Shown: piece after piece, positions 28,336 through 60,904 of the stretch
Numbering within the stretch: the stretch's first letter is position 1
Layout: each line of letters begins with the position of its first letter
NCBI GenBank assembly: GCA_951406725.2
Contig: OX597834.1
Location: 41,416,001-41,480,000 of the forward strand
DNA: 64,000 nt
Reading direction: 5' to 3'
Source: Octopus vulgaris
Lineage: Eukaryota
The notes under the pieces: generated by a model
Told to the model about the DNA's origin: nothing
Databases searched by the model: none
Seen by the model: the letters and a program-made list of their open reading frames with translations, nothing else
Translations under genes and position numbers: made by a program

Positions 28336-28694
28336 AGTATGTATATTATGTTAGGTTATCCTTGGGAATTACTTGTAACATGTTACCCAATACATGCTGA
28401 TGCATAGTCGACGTGTTGGCGATTGAAATGATTGCAGTAACAAGCTTGCTTGGGGATTAGAGAGGTGTTTGGCTACGTCAACGGATGTTGAACATAAATG
28501 CGAGGGCTACCGAAAAGTTCCTGATTTTAATGGTATCGTGAAAGGAGCTGGTCAGAGTTTAGAGAAACTGAGGGACCACTACGATAAGAGTGTGAATCTG
28601 AGAGGGGAATATGAATATAAGAATAATTAACTCATCCTCCTCTATTTTCTTTTGCCCAAAGCAAGGAACTTTTCAGCCCTCCACATCTCACATC

Positions 28695-28742
28695 GTATCT
28701 GATGAAGGGATATCCTTAATATCCCAGAAATAGCTGTAAGAC
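28695..28742 (+). ncRNA. Minimal hammerhead ribozyme-like motif (slightly degenerate)
   Basis: GTAT-CTGATGA-A-GGGATAT(CCTTA)ATATCCC-A-GAAA-TAGCTG-TA-AGAC. Confidence 0.5.
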
Positions 28743-28829
28743 TAAATTCCCTTTATAAACTTTCTCTTTATAAATATCCTGAAAATTCCACACAGCCTTG
28801 GCTTTGATGTCTCATGTTATATATATATG

Positions 28830-28887
<58 letters not shown>

Positions 28888-29266
28888 TAACGGGAATGTT
28901 TACGAAAATAAACAAAAGACGAAGGCAGGTGGAGCACAAACAAACAAATGTATTAGTATAGCGCTCAGGAATAGAAATAGAAAAAGTCTTTTACGTATCG
29001 AGCCTACGCTCTTCGACAGAAAGATACACAAAAAAAAACAAGGAGAGAAACAAGGAGAGAAAAAAGATGTGTGTATGAGCTAACGATCTATCAAAATAAA
29101 CAACAAGGATATTCAGAAGATATCTCTGGATATCCTTGTTGCTTATTTTGAATTTAATCACCTTACTTTGAAATTGTATGGATAATATCGTACAAATTCT
29201 GGTGCCTCAACTTAAGTACCATATTCATCTGAATCTAAATTTTGGCTGAACTCATCTACCATACCC

Positions 29267-29341
<75 letters not shown>

Positions 29342-30175
29342 TTGTGCAAAAGTATCGTAAGTCCAAAACGTTTCTTTTTTTTCAGAAAACGAAAAGATAG
29401 TTTCACCATTTGATTCCTTTTTACATTTCCTTCAGTTTAACAATAAATACTTTGTTGGGTGCATTAAATCGTAACTCCATGCATGTATGATATTTTCAGT
29501 GAGAAATATTTTTTTTCAAAATGGTCGTATGTGGGACTAACTAAACTTTTGAAAAATGCTAAACCGTTGTTCTACACTTCGACAATTTTTATATCTTGGC
29601 ATCTGAAACAGCTGGAGATACGATAGTTTGACCAAAAGGAAGCCGCATTTGGCCAAATAGCAACGAGACGCACACACACACACACACACGCACATACATG
29701 TGTGTTTGTGTGTCTGTGTGTGTGAATAGATGGCTAGATAGAAATACGCATGTGTGTTTCTGTGAATTTTCGTAACCTGCTATCAGAAAGCGTTGTTTTA
29801 TTTTCCTATTTTACGAGTTTTTAGTTGAATCTCTGCCTTCAAATACGAGTGAAATGAAGTTTTCACTACTTGCGAAAACACAAATGAACCAAAGTTTATG
29901 AACGGGGAGCGTCTGAAACTGTGAAACAGGGACTTAGTAATGCATGTTCGTATTAGCATGGGAAAATCTGAACGGTGAAACCCTCAGGCTATGAAATCGA
30001 ATTGTATTGAATCTGAGGAGAACAACAGTCGTAGTTTACCTTGGCTTACCTTAATCATAGCACGCATTACAATTTACTGTACGTACTTCTTCGACTAGGA
30101 AGTACAACGAAGCAAGTCCAACACATGTACACACACACACAAGACACACACATACACGCACACACGCAAAGACAA

Positions 30176-30207
<32 letters not shown>

Positions 30208-30622
30208 ACTCACACAAAAAGACAAACACGTACAGGTACGTAAACACACCCGCATAAGGACACACACAAACACAAACACATACAGACACACACACGACAC
30301 ACACACAAGACACACACACACACACAAGACACACACACACACACGCACACGCACTCATACGCACACACTCACACACTCACACAAAGACAAACACGTACAG
30401 GTACGTAAACACACCCGCATAAGGACACACACAAACACAAACACATACACACACACACACGACACACACACGAGGCACACACACACGCACGCACACGCAC
30501 ACAAACACACACACGTAAACATTGTAATATATTTTACCTCTGTAATATCAAATGGTTCATTGACTATCCTTATAAGTCATTGCCATCAACATCTATTTTC
30601 TTTTGTTCAATGCATATACTCT

Positions 30623-30660
<38 letters not shown>

Positions 30661-30990
30661 GTGTGTATGTGTGTGTTGGACTTGCTTCGTTGTACAAAAA
30701 TAAAACTTCCTTGTCGAAGAAGTACGCACAGTAAATTGTAATGCATGCTATGATCTTGCATATATAGACCTGGAATGAACGAACAAAATATATTCTTGTA
30801 TCCTCGGAGAACCGATGGATCATCTGCAAGTGTTTTCCATCAAACTTATCAACGTCTTATTTTAACGTGAAGCTAGAATTTTTGCCATAATATAGGTTTT
30901 TTTTTACTTGACAATAAACCAAACTGTCACAGACACGCAGTCACACACGAACAGCAAAATTCCACACAGCCTTGGCTTTGTTGTCTCATG

Positions 30991-31030
<40 letters not shown>

Positions 31031-31033
<3 letters not shown>

Positions 31034-31500
31034 CAATAATTAAGGGTAAAATCAATTAGTTATTAATTAATTTCACCAAGTAGTGTTCAGTATGTAAAAG
31101 GACCATTCAAGGCGTATTCAAAATATTACGTTATATAATTAGGGCTCGGTAAAATAATTTACTTTGCCACATACTGAAATTTTTAGAAATAGCAGCCAAA
31201 AAGTTTTTTTTAGCCATTTCCACTACTTTTAAGAAAAGTCTTCTAGATAGTGTTTACTCAAAAATAATTCACGTAGATATTGAGGGAAAACAGCAAAATA
31301 TCACATGTACAAAGATTAATTGAGTACGTTCGCGTTTCAAGGTTAGCCGAATTAAAACTCGACATTTCTATCGTCAGCTCAACATTTCTTAATTTGGATT
31401 TGAAAGCACTAAAAAAATGAACATAGCCGTCCGATCACCTCAGACAAACATTTCCAAACTGCCATGGCCAGCGAATTCAAACAGTACTAGTGAAGATTTT
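31031..31500 (-). mobile_element. Hammerhead-bearing Penelope-like fragment adjoining (TA)n
   Basis: Terminus AATCAATA..AGGGT and motif TAGAAATA(G/A)CAGCCAAAA shared with the 56875-57787 element; hammerhead at 31319-31383. Confidence 0.5.
31319..31383 (-). ncRNA. Type I hammerhead ribozyme (stem II base imperfect)
   Basis: Minus strand GTTGAG-CTGACGA-TAGAAATGTCGAGTTTTAATTCGGCTAACCTT-GAAA-CGCGAACG-TA-CTCAAT. Confidence 0.62.
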
Positions 31501-31759
31501 ATGAGAGAAACAAGGAGAGAAAAAAAATGCTTGTAGGAGCTAACGATCTATCATGGCATAATCAAAATAAGCAACAAGGATATTCAGAAGATATCTCTGG
31601 ATATCCTTGTTGCTTATTTTGAATTTAATCACCTTACTTTGAAATTGTATGGATAATACCGTACAAATTCTGGTGCCTCAACTTAAGTACCATATTCATC
31701 TGAATCTAAATTTTTGCTGAACTCATCTACCATACCCAAATTATATATATATATATTTG

Positions 31760-31860
<101 letters not shown>

Positions 31861-32197
31861 ATCGTTGTGCAAAAGTGTCGTAAGTCCAAAACGTTTCTTT
31901 TTTTCAGAAAACGAAAAGATAGTTTCACCATTTGATTCCTTTTTACATTTCCTTCAGTTTAACAATAAATACTTTGTTGGGTGCATTAAATCGTAACTCC
32001 ATGCATGTATGATATTTTCAGTGAGAAATATTTTTTTTCAAAATGGTCGTATGTGGGACTAACTAAACTTTTGAAAAATGCTAAACCGTTGTTCTACACT
32101 TCGACAATTTTTATATCTTGGCATCTGAAGCAGCTAGAGATACGATAGTTTGAGCAAAAGGAAGCCGCATTTGGCCAAATAGCAACGAGACGCGCGC

Positions 32198-32278
<81 letters not shown>

Positions 32279-32394
32279 AAAACACACACACACGTAAACA
32301 TTGTAATATATTTTACCTCTGTAATATTAAATGGTTCATTGACTATCCTTATAAGTCATTGCCATCAACATCTCTTTTCTTTTGTTTAATGCAT

Positions 32395-32484
<90 letters not shown>

Positions 32485-32874
32485 AGTGTGTACATGTGTT
32501 GGACTTGCTTCGTTGTACAAAAATAAAACTTCCTAGTCGACGAAGTAAATTGTAATGCGTGCTATGATCTTGCATATATAGACCTGGAATGAACGAACAA
32601 AATATATTCTTGTATCCTCGGAGAACCGATGGATCATCTGCAAGTGTTTTCCATCAAACTTATCAACGTCTTATTTTAACGTGAAGCTAGAATTTTTGCC
32701 ATAAAAAATTTTTTGTTTTTTACTTGACAATAAACCAAACTGTCACGGACACGCAGTCACACACGAACAGCAAAACACACACACATATCTAAATATATTT
32801 TAGCAATCACACACACACAGATATATGTATCCACACACACATATATGTACACACACGTATATATATATATACAA

Positions 32875-32926
<52 letters not shown>

Positions 32927-32933
<7 letters not shown>

Positions 32934-33318
32934 GTGAGGAAGAAATGGAGCTGAACGAAGATTTTACAAAATTCCTTTTTATTATTTTCTACATATGTTT
33001 CAAAGGCTTTAAAGATTTAAGTTCCTGGATTTTCCTGAAGAGAAAGCTGCAAAATGGTCTCCTTATTCAATCCGAATTAGGGACTTTGCAGCCTTTGAAA
33101 CATTTGTAGAAAATAATAAAAAGGAATTTTGTAAAATCTTCGTTCAGCTCCATTTCTTCCCTCACTAAATATATAAAACTTCAAATTTCCGCACTAACGC
33201 ACGGTTTTGAGACCCCATGGTCGTAACCTCAACCGTGATTTTTCTGTTGTGAATTTTGCTACCCAGGCATCGGTTATAATTTGAATAATCCGTAACAAGA
33301 TAATTCATTTATCCATTT

Positions 33319-33320
<2 letters not shown>
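32927..33320 (+). mobile_element. Hammerhead-bearing Penelope-like fragment with an inverted 5' arm, in (TA)n
   Basis: Arms 32927-33008 and 33090-33174 are inverted copies; hammerhead at 33029-33114; (TA)n on both sides. Confidence 0.6.
33029..33114 (+). ncRNA. Type I hammerhead ribozyme
   Basis: Stem I ATTTTC/GAAAAT; CTGAAGA; stem II GAAAGCTGCAAA/TTTGCAGCCTTT; GAAA; short stem III CATTTG; GTA triplet ending at 33108. Confidence 0.78.
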
Positions 33321-33372
<52 letters not shown>

Positions 33373-33804
33373 TTTTACTCTTTTACTTGTTTCAGTCATT
33401 TGACTGCGGCCATGCTGGAGCACCGCCTTTAATCGAGCAAATCGACCCCAGGACTTATTCTTTTGTAAGCCCAGTACTTATTCTATCGGTCTCTTTTGCC
33501 GAACCGCTAAGTAACAGGGACGTAAACACACCAGCATCGGTTGTCAAGCAATGCTAGGGGGACAAACACAGACAACAAACACACGCATATATATATATAT
33601 ATGTATATATATACATATATACGACAGGCTTCTTTCAGTTTCCGTTTACCAAATCCACTCACAAGGCTTTGGTCGGCCCGAGGCTATAGTAGAAGACACC
33701 TACCCAAGGTGCCACGCAGTGGGACTGAACCCGGAACCATGTGGTTGGTAAACAAGCTACTTACCAACAGCCACTCCTGCGCCTATATATATATATATAT
33801 ATAC

Positions 33805-33835
<31 letters not shown>

Positions 33836-33879
33836 CATATATCGGTACATAGGTATATCTGTTTGTAGACATGTATATA

Positions 33880-33976
<97 letters not shown>

Positions 33977-34359
33977 GTATATATATGTGTACATAAGTAT
34001 ATCGATATATATATATATGTATACATGTATGCACACACACACGCCCACACGCACACACACACACATATATGTATATAGTGATACATAGATTAATAGATGC
34101 ACGCATATACGTATATCTACATATGCATGCTAATACACACAAACATACCGTAATGTGATACTTAAAACATATCTATGAAATCAGTTAAAAAAGAGAGAGA
34201 AATATCCTTTTGTTTCTTTCCCAAACAATGGATCTCACACTATTACTCTATTTTCACTTTTACTTCTCTTTCGTTTCCCTCTTTATTTGCCTCCACCTCC
34301 GTTTCTCGATCGAACATTCCATCAAACATCCCCCTACTCTCACTACAACACTTCCTTGT

Positions 34360-34400
34360 TATATATATAAACGAACAACGCCTTGAGTTGATCATTTAGC
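34360..34400 (+). promoter_or_regulatory. Candidate core promoter of paralog C (TATA box plus Inr-like TCATT)
   Basis: TATAAA at 34366-34371 and TCATTT at 34392-34397, about 135 nt before the ATG at 34530. Confidence 0.45.
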
Positions 34401-34529
34401 TGCAGGTCGTAAATTGTTGTGCAAAAACTTTTTTTCTGTGCGCAGTTCGTACTCCGAGCAGTGGATTCTTCGTTATTACATCCCAACAGCTTTTCTTCAG
34501 CAGAAAGTCTTTGAATAATAACAACAACA

Positions 34530-51716
<17,187 letters not shown>

Positions 51717-52442
51717 AGAACGTCATGTCTCAGCAGAAAAACTCCGGTTTTGTTGCAGTTAGCACCGATTTTCAGAAAATCTCTTTTTACCCCATTAAAA
51801 TACTAATTTCACTTGAAATACTAATTCTAAAGTAAACTCTGAACACTTAACATTTTTTGTTGCAATATTTTCACATGATTCACCAATATTTCAGATAATT
51901 ATAGAAAATAAGACTAAATTCATTTGTCAATAATATATAAATTTTACAACGTTGATAAACATTTATCAAATATCAACAAATGCTTCAGCTTGATACCTTT
52001 TGCTATCGTAATTTCAATAAAGATTGTTATTCTACAAGTTATCTAGATAATATATCATCAATGTACGGTGTGTTTTGCTTCCAAATGTTTTACACTTACT
52101 AGTATATCACAGTATAAAAACGCAGAATTTTTGCAATAGAAGAAAAGAAATCGAGAAAAATAAGCAATGATATAGCTTTTTCCCGAATTAGGGAGCGTTA
52201 TTTGTTATTCTAAGAACAACCTTATACTTTGTAATTCAATGTCGAATATGTTTTCGTTAAATTGTATCAAAAAATGGCAATAAAATGTTGTTAATATATA
52301 TCTTCGTATGCATTTTTAATTACCTTCAAATAGCCTCCTTCGCATTGTAATACTTTATAAGAGCAAAATAATGCAGAATCGATAGAATTGATTAGAGCGT
52401 CAGCGGCCAATGTGATCGACTTACCCCCAATCCCCACAAATT

Positions 52443-52862
52443 TAAGGCGGTGAGCTGGCAGAAACGGTAGCACGCCGGACGAAATGCATAGCAGTATTTC
52501 CTCTGCCGTTACGTTCTGAGTTCAAATTCCGCCGACGTCGACTTTGCCTTTCATCCATTCGGGGTCGATTAAATAAGTATCAGTTACGCACTGGGGTCGA
52601 TATAATCGACTTAATCCGTTTGTCTGTCCTTGTTTGTCCTCTCTGTGTTTAGCCCCTTGTGGGTAGTAAAGAAATAGGCATTTCGTCTGTCTTTACGTTC
52701 TGAGTTCAAATTCCGCCGAGGTCAACTTTGCCTTTCATCCTTTTGGAGTCGATTAAATAAGTATCAGTTACGGACTGGGGTCGATATAATCGACTTAATC
52801 CCTTTGTCTGTCCTTGTTTGTCCCCTCTGCGCGTATCCCCTTGTAGGCAATAAAGAAATAAG
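52443..52862 (+). mobile_element. SINE family 1 dimer
   Basis: One head plus two tandem bodies (second begins at about 52680). Confidence 0.8.
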
Positions 52863-53574
52863 AATCGATTAGAGCATCAATGTCTTTATTTTATATTATA
52901 TGTTCCAATTGAAATCTCATAGAGATCAACGTTGCCTTTCGTCTTCCATATGTCAATACTATTGAAGGATTCGATCCCACTTCACAGCAACTTGAATAAA
53001 TATTTTCTAAATTATTGGCGCCTTAGAAAATCGAACATTTCATTCTTAATAACCTGACAGTACCAATGATAACATTATACAGAAACATACCAAACGATCA
53101 ACCCAAACGCCACCGTTATTTATTCAGTTTATTCGTTTATTCTGAAAGTTAATTTCAGACAGGTTTGTGAGAAAGAGGGTTAAATGTTAAAAAGTTTAGA
53201 GAGAAAAATGTTATCTCCCCTTTCCACTATACTTGTAGCCTTCATCGGAGTTTTATAACTTAGTATGTGTTTTATATACTTGATTGCGGACATAGGATTT
53301 CGACGAAGCGAGAGTAAAGCAATATATTCACAGACGTATTTTTCGACTACCAACACGCGAGACTCCTGTAATCTCAACGATACATGTTACTCCTTAAAAA
53401 TGTTGGACGAGTCCACCTTTTAAATACTCAGAAGTGTTAATGTCTATCACAACAACATTTCCCCTTTTGAGACTGACTCTTGTTGCAAGTGAATAAATAT
53501 ATTTCTTTCACACCTTACTACACTTTTTGAGAATTACTTTCCCCGGAAGATTAATACTGTTTTCGTTTTGGAAC

Positions 53575-53997
53575 TACCTATTTCTTTATTACCCACAAGG
53601 GGCTAAACACAAACAAGGGAGAAACAAGGACAGACATAGGTATTAAGTCGATTACATCGACCCCAGTGCGTAACTGGTACTTAATTTATCGACCCCGAAA
53701 AGAATAAAAGGCAAAGTCGACCTCGGCGGAATTTGAACTCACAACGTGACGCATACGAAATACCTATTTCTTTACTACCCACAAGGGGCTAAACATAGAG
53801 GGGACAAACAAGGACTGACAAAGGGATTAAGTCGATTACATCGACCCCAGTGGATAACTGGTACTTAATTTATCGACCCCGAAAGGATGAAAGGCAAAGT
53901 CGACCTCGGCGGAATTTGAACTCACAACGTAACGACAGACGAAATACCGCAAAGCATTTCGCCCGGCGTGCTAACGATTCTGCGAGCTCACCGCCTT
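53575..53997 (-). mobile_element. SINE family 1 dimer, inverted relative to 52443-52862
   Basis: One head plus two tandem bodies on the minus strand. Confidence 0.8.
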
Positions 53998-54960
53998 TCG
54001 TTTTGGAGCTACCTTCAACAATTCCATATGTTTTCGCTTTCTTGTACTGGTACGCCTTAGTTCGACAAATTTCAAGGTTCTGATCTCAGATTGTAATCGT
54101 AGAAATCTGCCGAACGATAAGTTTTATTTTTGCTTTTGGATGCATAGATATGTGATATCCATTTTCTCGCAAACTAACCGTTAAGGAAAAGCCAATGTGA
54201 AATTTCGTGTTAAATTTGGGAAGCCTGCTACAGAGAGATTGAGTATGCTTCGGCAAGTTTCCAACTACGAGGCAAAGGGTAGTATGCCATGTTGGGAGTG
54301 GCACATCGCTTCAAAACCGGAAGAACGTCTCTGGAATACGACGAGTGAACTGGAAGTCCGGCCACGAGCGTCACTCTAGAGAAGGTGAAGAGAATTCATC
54401 AGCTTAGGATGAATGAGGTTCGCCCGGAGAACTGTCAACGGGGTTTTAAAGAGCTTGAGGGGGTACATTCTCGAAAGCGACTGGATCTGTGGAGCGTGAA
54501 GGATCGGATTCTTCACGACGACAATGCACCAAGAAAGGAATGAAAACAGACGTGAGATACGTAAGGATTTGTATTTGCAGTACCATTATTTAAGCAGAAT
54601 GATGTATACACATAGGTTTTCTGTACCTTGTATGTGTATGTGCATATATGTATATATGTATATGTATATATATATATATGCAAATCAAACAGTGAAAAAC
54701 ATAAGCCAATACATAAAATTAATTAAAAAATATAAAAGTTAAAAATTAAAAAATTATCTAAGTAATTTAAACTTATAAATTTTAAATATATATATATACA
54801 AATATATATATATATGTATGTATATTTTTATATTTATATATTATTTAATTAATTAATTAATTAATTATTTAATTAATTAATTAATTTATTTATTTTATTT
54901 ATTTATCAAAAAAATTTTTTTTGATATAAATATATATATATATATATATATGTATATGTG

Positions 54961-55039
<79 letters not shown>

Positions 55040-55533
55040 GTAGTTGTGTGAGTGTCTGTCCCCTTCGATTTAGATTCCTAACTACTCCCACATTTTGCGG
55101 TGCAGTTTAACCAAATTCGGGTATCTTATAGTCGTGATTCATATCGAGCCCGTCTGAGTATTAGCGCGCGTCTACGATGAGTCGACGATTTTAAAAATAA
55201 TTTAACATAATTTTCTATTCCATTTTAATGCATAATTTTTCGTGTGTCGATGGCGGCGGAGTTGGCGTCCATGGTCACACCTGCACCTGTTTGCTTCTCC
55301 CCTTCTTCCTTCCCTCGTGAAGCTGAGGGGAAGGGAGTGTAAGGAAATCAACGTCGTAAAGCGTTGTCAAGGAGACCAGCGTTCTTTCAGAACAACGACT
55401 TCATGGCTTGAAGATACCAAAACAGAAATGGCTAAGAAAGCCCGAATTGGCATCTATAAGGGAAGTAACTCTCTAAAAATGCTTATATAGTTATTTCCCT
55501 TACAAACCCGAGCAACGCCGGGCGATACTGCTA

Positions 55534-55582
<49 letters not shown>

Positions 55583-55806
55583 GTATGTATTTAAATATGT
55601 ATACATACATATATATATGTATGTATGTGTATGTATATATGTATATGTATAATATATATATATATATATTATTATATGTAGAAAAATGCAAACTGGGACA
55701 AGAACGCAAAACACTTAGAAGACGATACAAAAAACACGGACGGGACATTCGAAGCCCTCAATCTTCAGTCAAGAACCGGATCATCCTCGCAATTTCGGCT
55801 GATTAA

Positions 55807-55858
<52 letters not shown>

Positions 55859-56512
55859 ATGTATGTATATATATAGATATGTATGTATTTGATGGTCATT
55901 TACACTCCTGAGTTTTTCCCCCTTTTGAAGGCCAAATCATTTATCATGCTGGGTGTCAAATAGCCATCTTAATATCCAAGCAATCTTCTTAGTGTTATCA
56001 GATACGTTGACCGTACACCTGGATGTAATGTGATAGCTATATATAATGAATATCTTTTGAGAGTAACATTATATATATATATATATATATATATACTCTT
56101 TTAACTCTTTTACTTGTTTCAGTCATTTGACTGCGGCCATGCTGGAGCACCGCCTTTAGTCGAGCAAATCGACCCCGGGACTTATTCTTTGTAAGCCCAG
56201 TACTTATTCTATCGGTCTCTTTTGCCGAACCGCTAAGTGACGGGGACGTAAACACACCAGCATCGGTTGTCAAGCAATATTAGGGGAACAAACACAGACA
56301 CACAAACACATATACACACATATATATATACATATATACGACAGGCTTCTTTCAGTTTCCGTCTACCAAATCCACTCACAAGGCATTGGTCGGCCCGGGG
56401 CTATAGCAGAAGACATTTGCCCAAGATGCCACGCAGTGGGACTGAACCCGGAATCATGTGGTTGGTTAGCAAGCTACTTACCACACAGCCACTCCTGCTA
56501 TCTATCTATCTA

Positions 56513-56552
<40 letters not shown>

Positions 56553-56563
56553 TATGTATCTCT

Positions 56564-56849
<286 letters not shown>

Positions 56850-56874
56850 TATATATAAATATAAATATATATAT

Positions 56875-57887
<1,013 letters not shown>

Positions 57888-60800
57888 GCTTTGTTCGTCG
57901 TAGAAAAACAAATCTTCCTAGTGTTAGGAATGTATGTGGTTTGTCAAGGACGGAGCGATCATGCGTAAGACAGTTTTGCTTTACATGCTACAAATAGTAT
58001 TCTAGGATACAATAAAATTTTACATACCGTAAATCCTCGAGTATAGTCCGTCCTTGAGTATAATACACAGGGGATTTTTAGGGGGCTGTACCTCTGAAAA
58101 ACCTAAACCTTGTGTATAATACGCACCACTTCTCTAACTTGATTCGTATGTAATTAAGCCACCAGCACCTAGTCGAACAAACACTTCCGCGCATGTGTAA
58201 TACAATAATGGTGATGTTCTAAGTTGTTATATAGGAATGTAAATATGCTTGCAAATTGTTTTTGAGTAGCATTCAGTGATGGATAATCTTATAAGGATGG
58301 GCGTATATCAGCTGAAGACCATGCATGGATGTGTTAGTACAAATCAACAGGATGATAGAAACGTTGATCACCAGTCTATCATCCACCAACAACTGGATTA
58401 CTACCTTCCACTTTGAAGGGCGTGCGTTTGCAATCTAAGAACAAGATATACCAACCGAATGCCTGATGCACAAAAGTGACAGAAACGCAGTAAAGGCAGC
58501 AAAATGTGATAACCGATGCTGACTTTGTGGAGTTAACACCGAAGATATCACCCACATCATAAGCAGTTGTCCGAAAATGTCATCAAGTTATTATCTAGAG
58601 ATGAGATATGCTATTGTAGCTGGGAGATTGTTGTTTAATGAGATCCGTCGGAAGGATAAGCCCAAGTTAAAAAAAAAAAAGAAAGAACCTACTGCATAGT
58701 AGAAGCCATAATCACTCATAATGAAAAGTAATACTGGTGGAGTGTCCTAGTGAAAGCCTCAATAAAATGTAAACACAATATATATTTTATAAGGATTTGG
58801 GATAGAGAAAATAAATTGTGTACATTTATTGAAATCAGCTGAGAGTTCTGTCAAAAGTTTGTGTTATTATTTTCAATGCTCCAAAAGTATAAGTTTTCTA
58901 AAAATGTTTCGCATATTAAATAGAGAGATAATTAATTGTTGTGACGTAGATTCTCTCTTTCTAATTGTCGTAACTTAGAATTCATATTTACTCTTACTCT
59001 TTTACTTGTTTCAGTCATTTGACTGCGGCCATGCTGGAGCACCGCCTTTAATCGAGCAACTCGACCCCGGGGCTTATTCTTTTGTGAGCCCAGTACTTAT
59101 TCTATCGGTCTGTTTTTCCGAACCGCTAAGTAACAGGGACATAAACACACCAGCATCGGTTGTCAAGCAATGCCAGGGGGACAAACACAGACACACAAAC
59201 ACACACACGCATATGTATATATATATACATATATACGACGGCCTTCTTTCAGTTTCCGTCTACCAAATCCACTCACAAGGCATTGGTCGGCCCGAGGCTA
59301 TAGTAGAAGGCACTTGCCCAAGGTGCCACGCAGTGGGACTGAACCCGGAACCATGTGGTTGGTAAACAAGCTACTTACCACACAGCCACTCCTGCGCCTA
59401 TATATTTATTTTATTCTTCCGCAATCCACTGACGTCACCTGAAGGTGAATACTAAATTAGCTTTTCTTAGAATATCATATATTTTTCATCTTGACGTTCC
59501 TTTTTGTATGCGTTTACCTACTGGAAATATTTTCTTAGTTCACTTTGAAGTCAACAAATTTTGAATCGACTTGAGAACATTGTGTTAACATGTATTTTCG
59601 GATACATTAATTTGAATTTTTTTTTGTCTAAATATGTTAATGCAGCAGAAACGATCGCCATGACACTTTTATCACAATTAAAGATGTGATTTTTCTCTCT
59701 CCCTATTTTTGCTGTGTTATACTCTGAATTTCATGAAATTCTAAATGATATTTGGACCTACTTGTCATACATCAGGAATTGAAGGCGCAATGGCCCAGTG
59801 GTTAGGGCAGCGGACTCGCGGTCATAGGATCGCGGTTTCGATTCCCAGACCGGGTGTTGTGAGTGTTTATTGACCGAAAACACCTAAAAGCTTCACGAGG
59901 CTCCGGCAAGGGATGGTGGTGATCCCTGATGTACTCTTTCTCTCACTCTTACTTCCTGTATCTGTTGTACCTGTATTTCAAAGGGCCGGCCTTGTCCCTC
60001 TCTGTGTCACGCTGAATATCCCCGAGAACTACGTTAAGGGTACACGTGCCTGTGGAGTGCTCGGCCACTTACACGTTAATTTCACGAGCAGGCTGTTCCG
60101 TTGATTCGGATCAACCGGAACCCTCGTCGTCGTAACTGACGGAGTGCTTCCTTACACCAGGAATTATTTTGGATGTTTATTCTACTTGCATTTATTGGTG
60201 TCTATCCGTTTCTTGGGTAGAGTTAAGCAAAATCGTTTAAAACTGAATGCTTTATTATTGTTACCTGCCTTATTTTCTTTTTTATCCCTTCTTTTCTTCT
60301 TATATAAAATATATATTTATCATGTAAAATATACATATAGGCGCAGGAGCGGCTGTGTGGTAAGTAATTTGCTTACTAACCATGTGGTTCCGGGTTCAAT
60401 GAAAGACAATGAAACAGCTGTAATCGATTCTAGAAGATAATTGGGTGCTAATCAAGAGTGCCTAACAAACATTTGAGAGAAGTTAACACCCAATCTGTTT
60501 ATGTATTCATCAAATTCGATAGCTGCAGATAACTGGAGCTACTAATTTGCATAACGTGTTTTAAGCTTTATTCAGTCTGAGATACCTGTCAACGAGGATC
60601 ACAGTTAAGGTATGATATAATATATATTACCTATAATAAAAAATCAGTTATAATATATATTACCTATACAGTAGATATCGACTGTTTGTGGACAGTATTA
60701 GCCTGACGAGGGATATTGTTCGTTGTTAGTGTTTTAAAACTTCTAAAACAGACTGAACTGTCTGTTAATGCAAAGCATCACCCCCTACGACACGCCATAC

Positions 60801-60904
60801 TTTTCAAAGTATGGAATCAAACCTATTTGGCATGATGGGCCGCTGGAAATGAAAGAAACTTTCGATAAGTGCCTAAAAATGAAGTGGTCATAAAATCTAA
60901 CTAG

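Noticed and set aside
55675-55810. CTGAAGA-containing insert in (TA)n as a further hammerhead
   Set aside because: Could not assemble stems I-III around a downstream GAAA; probably a truncated fragment
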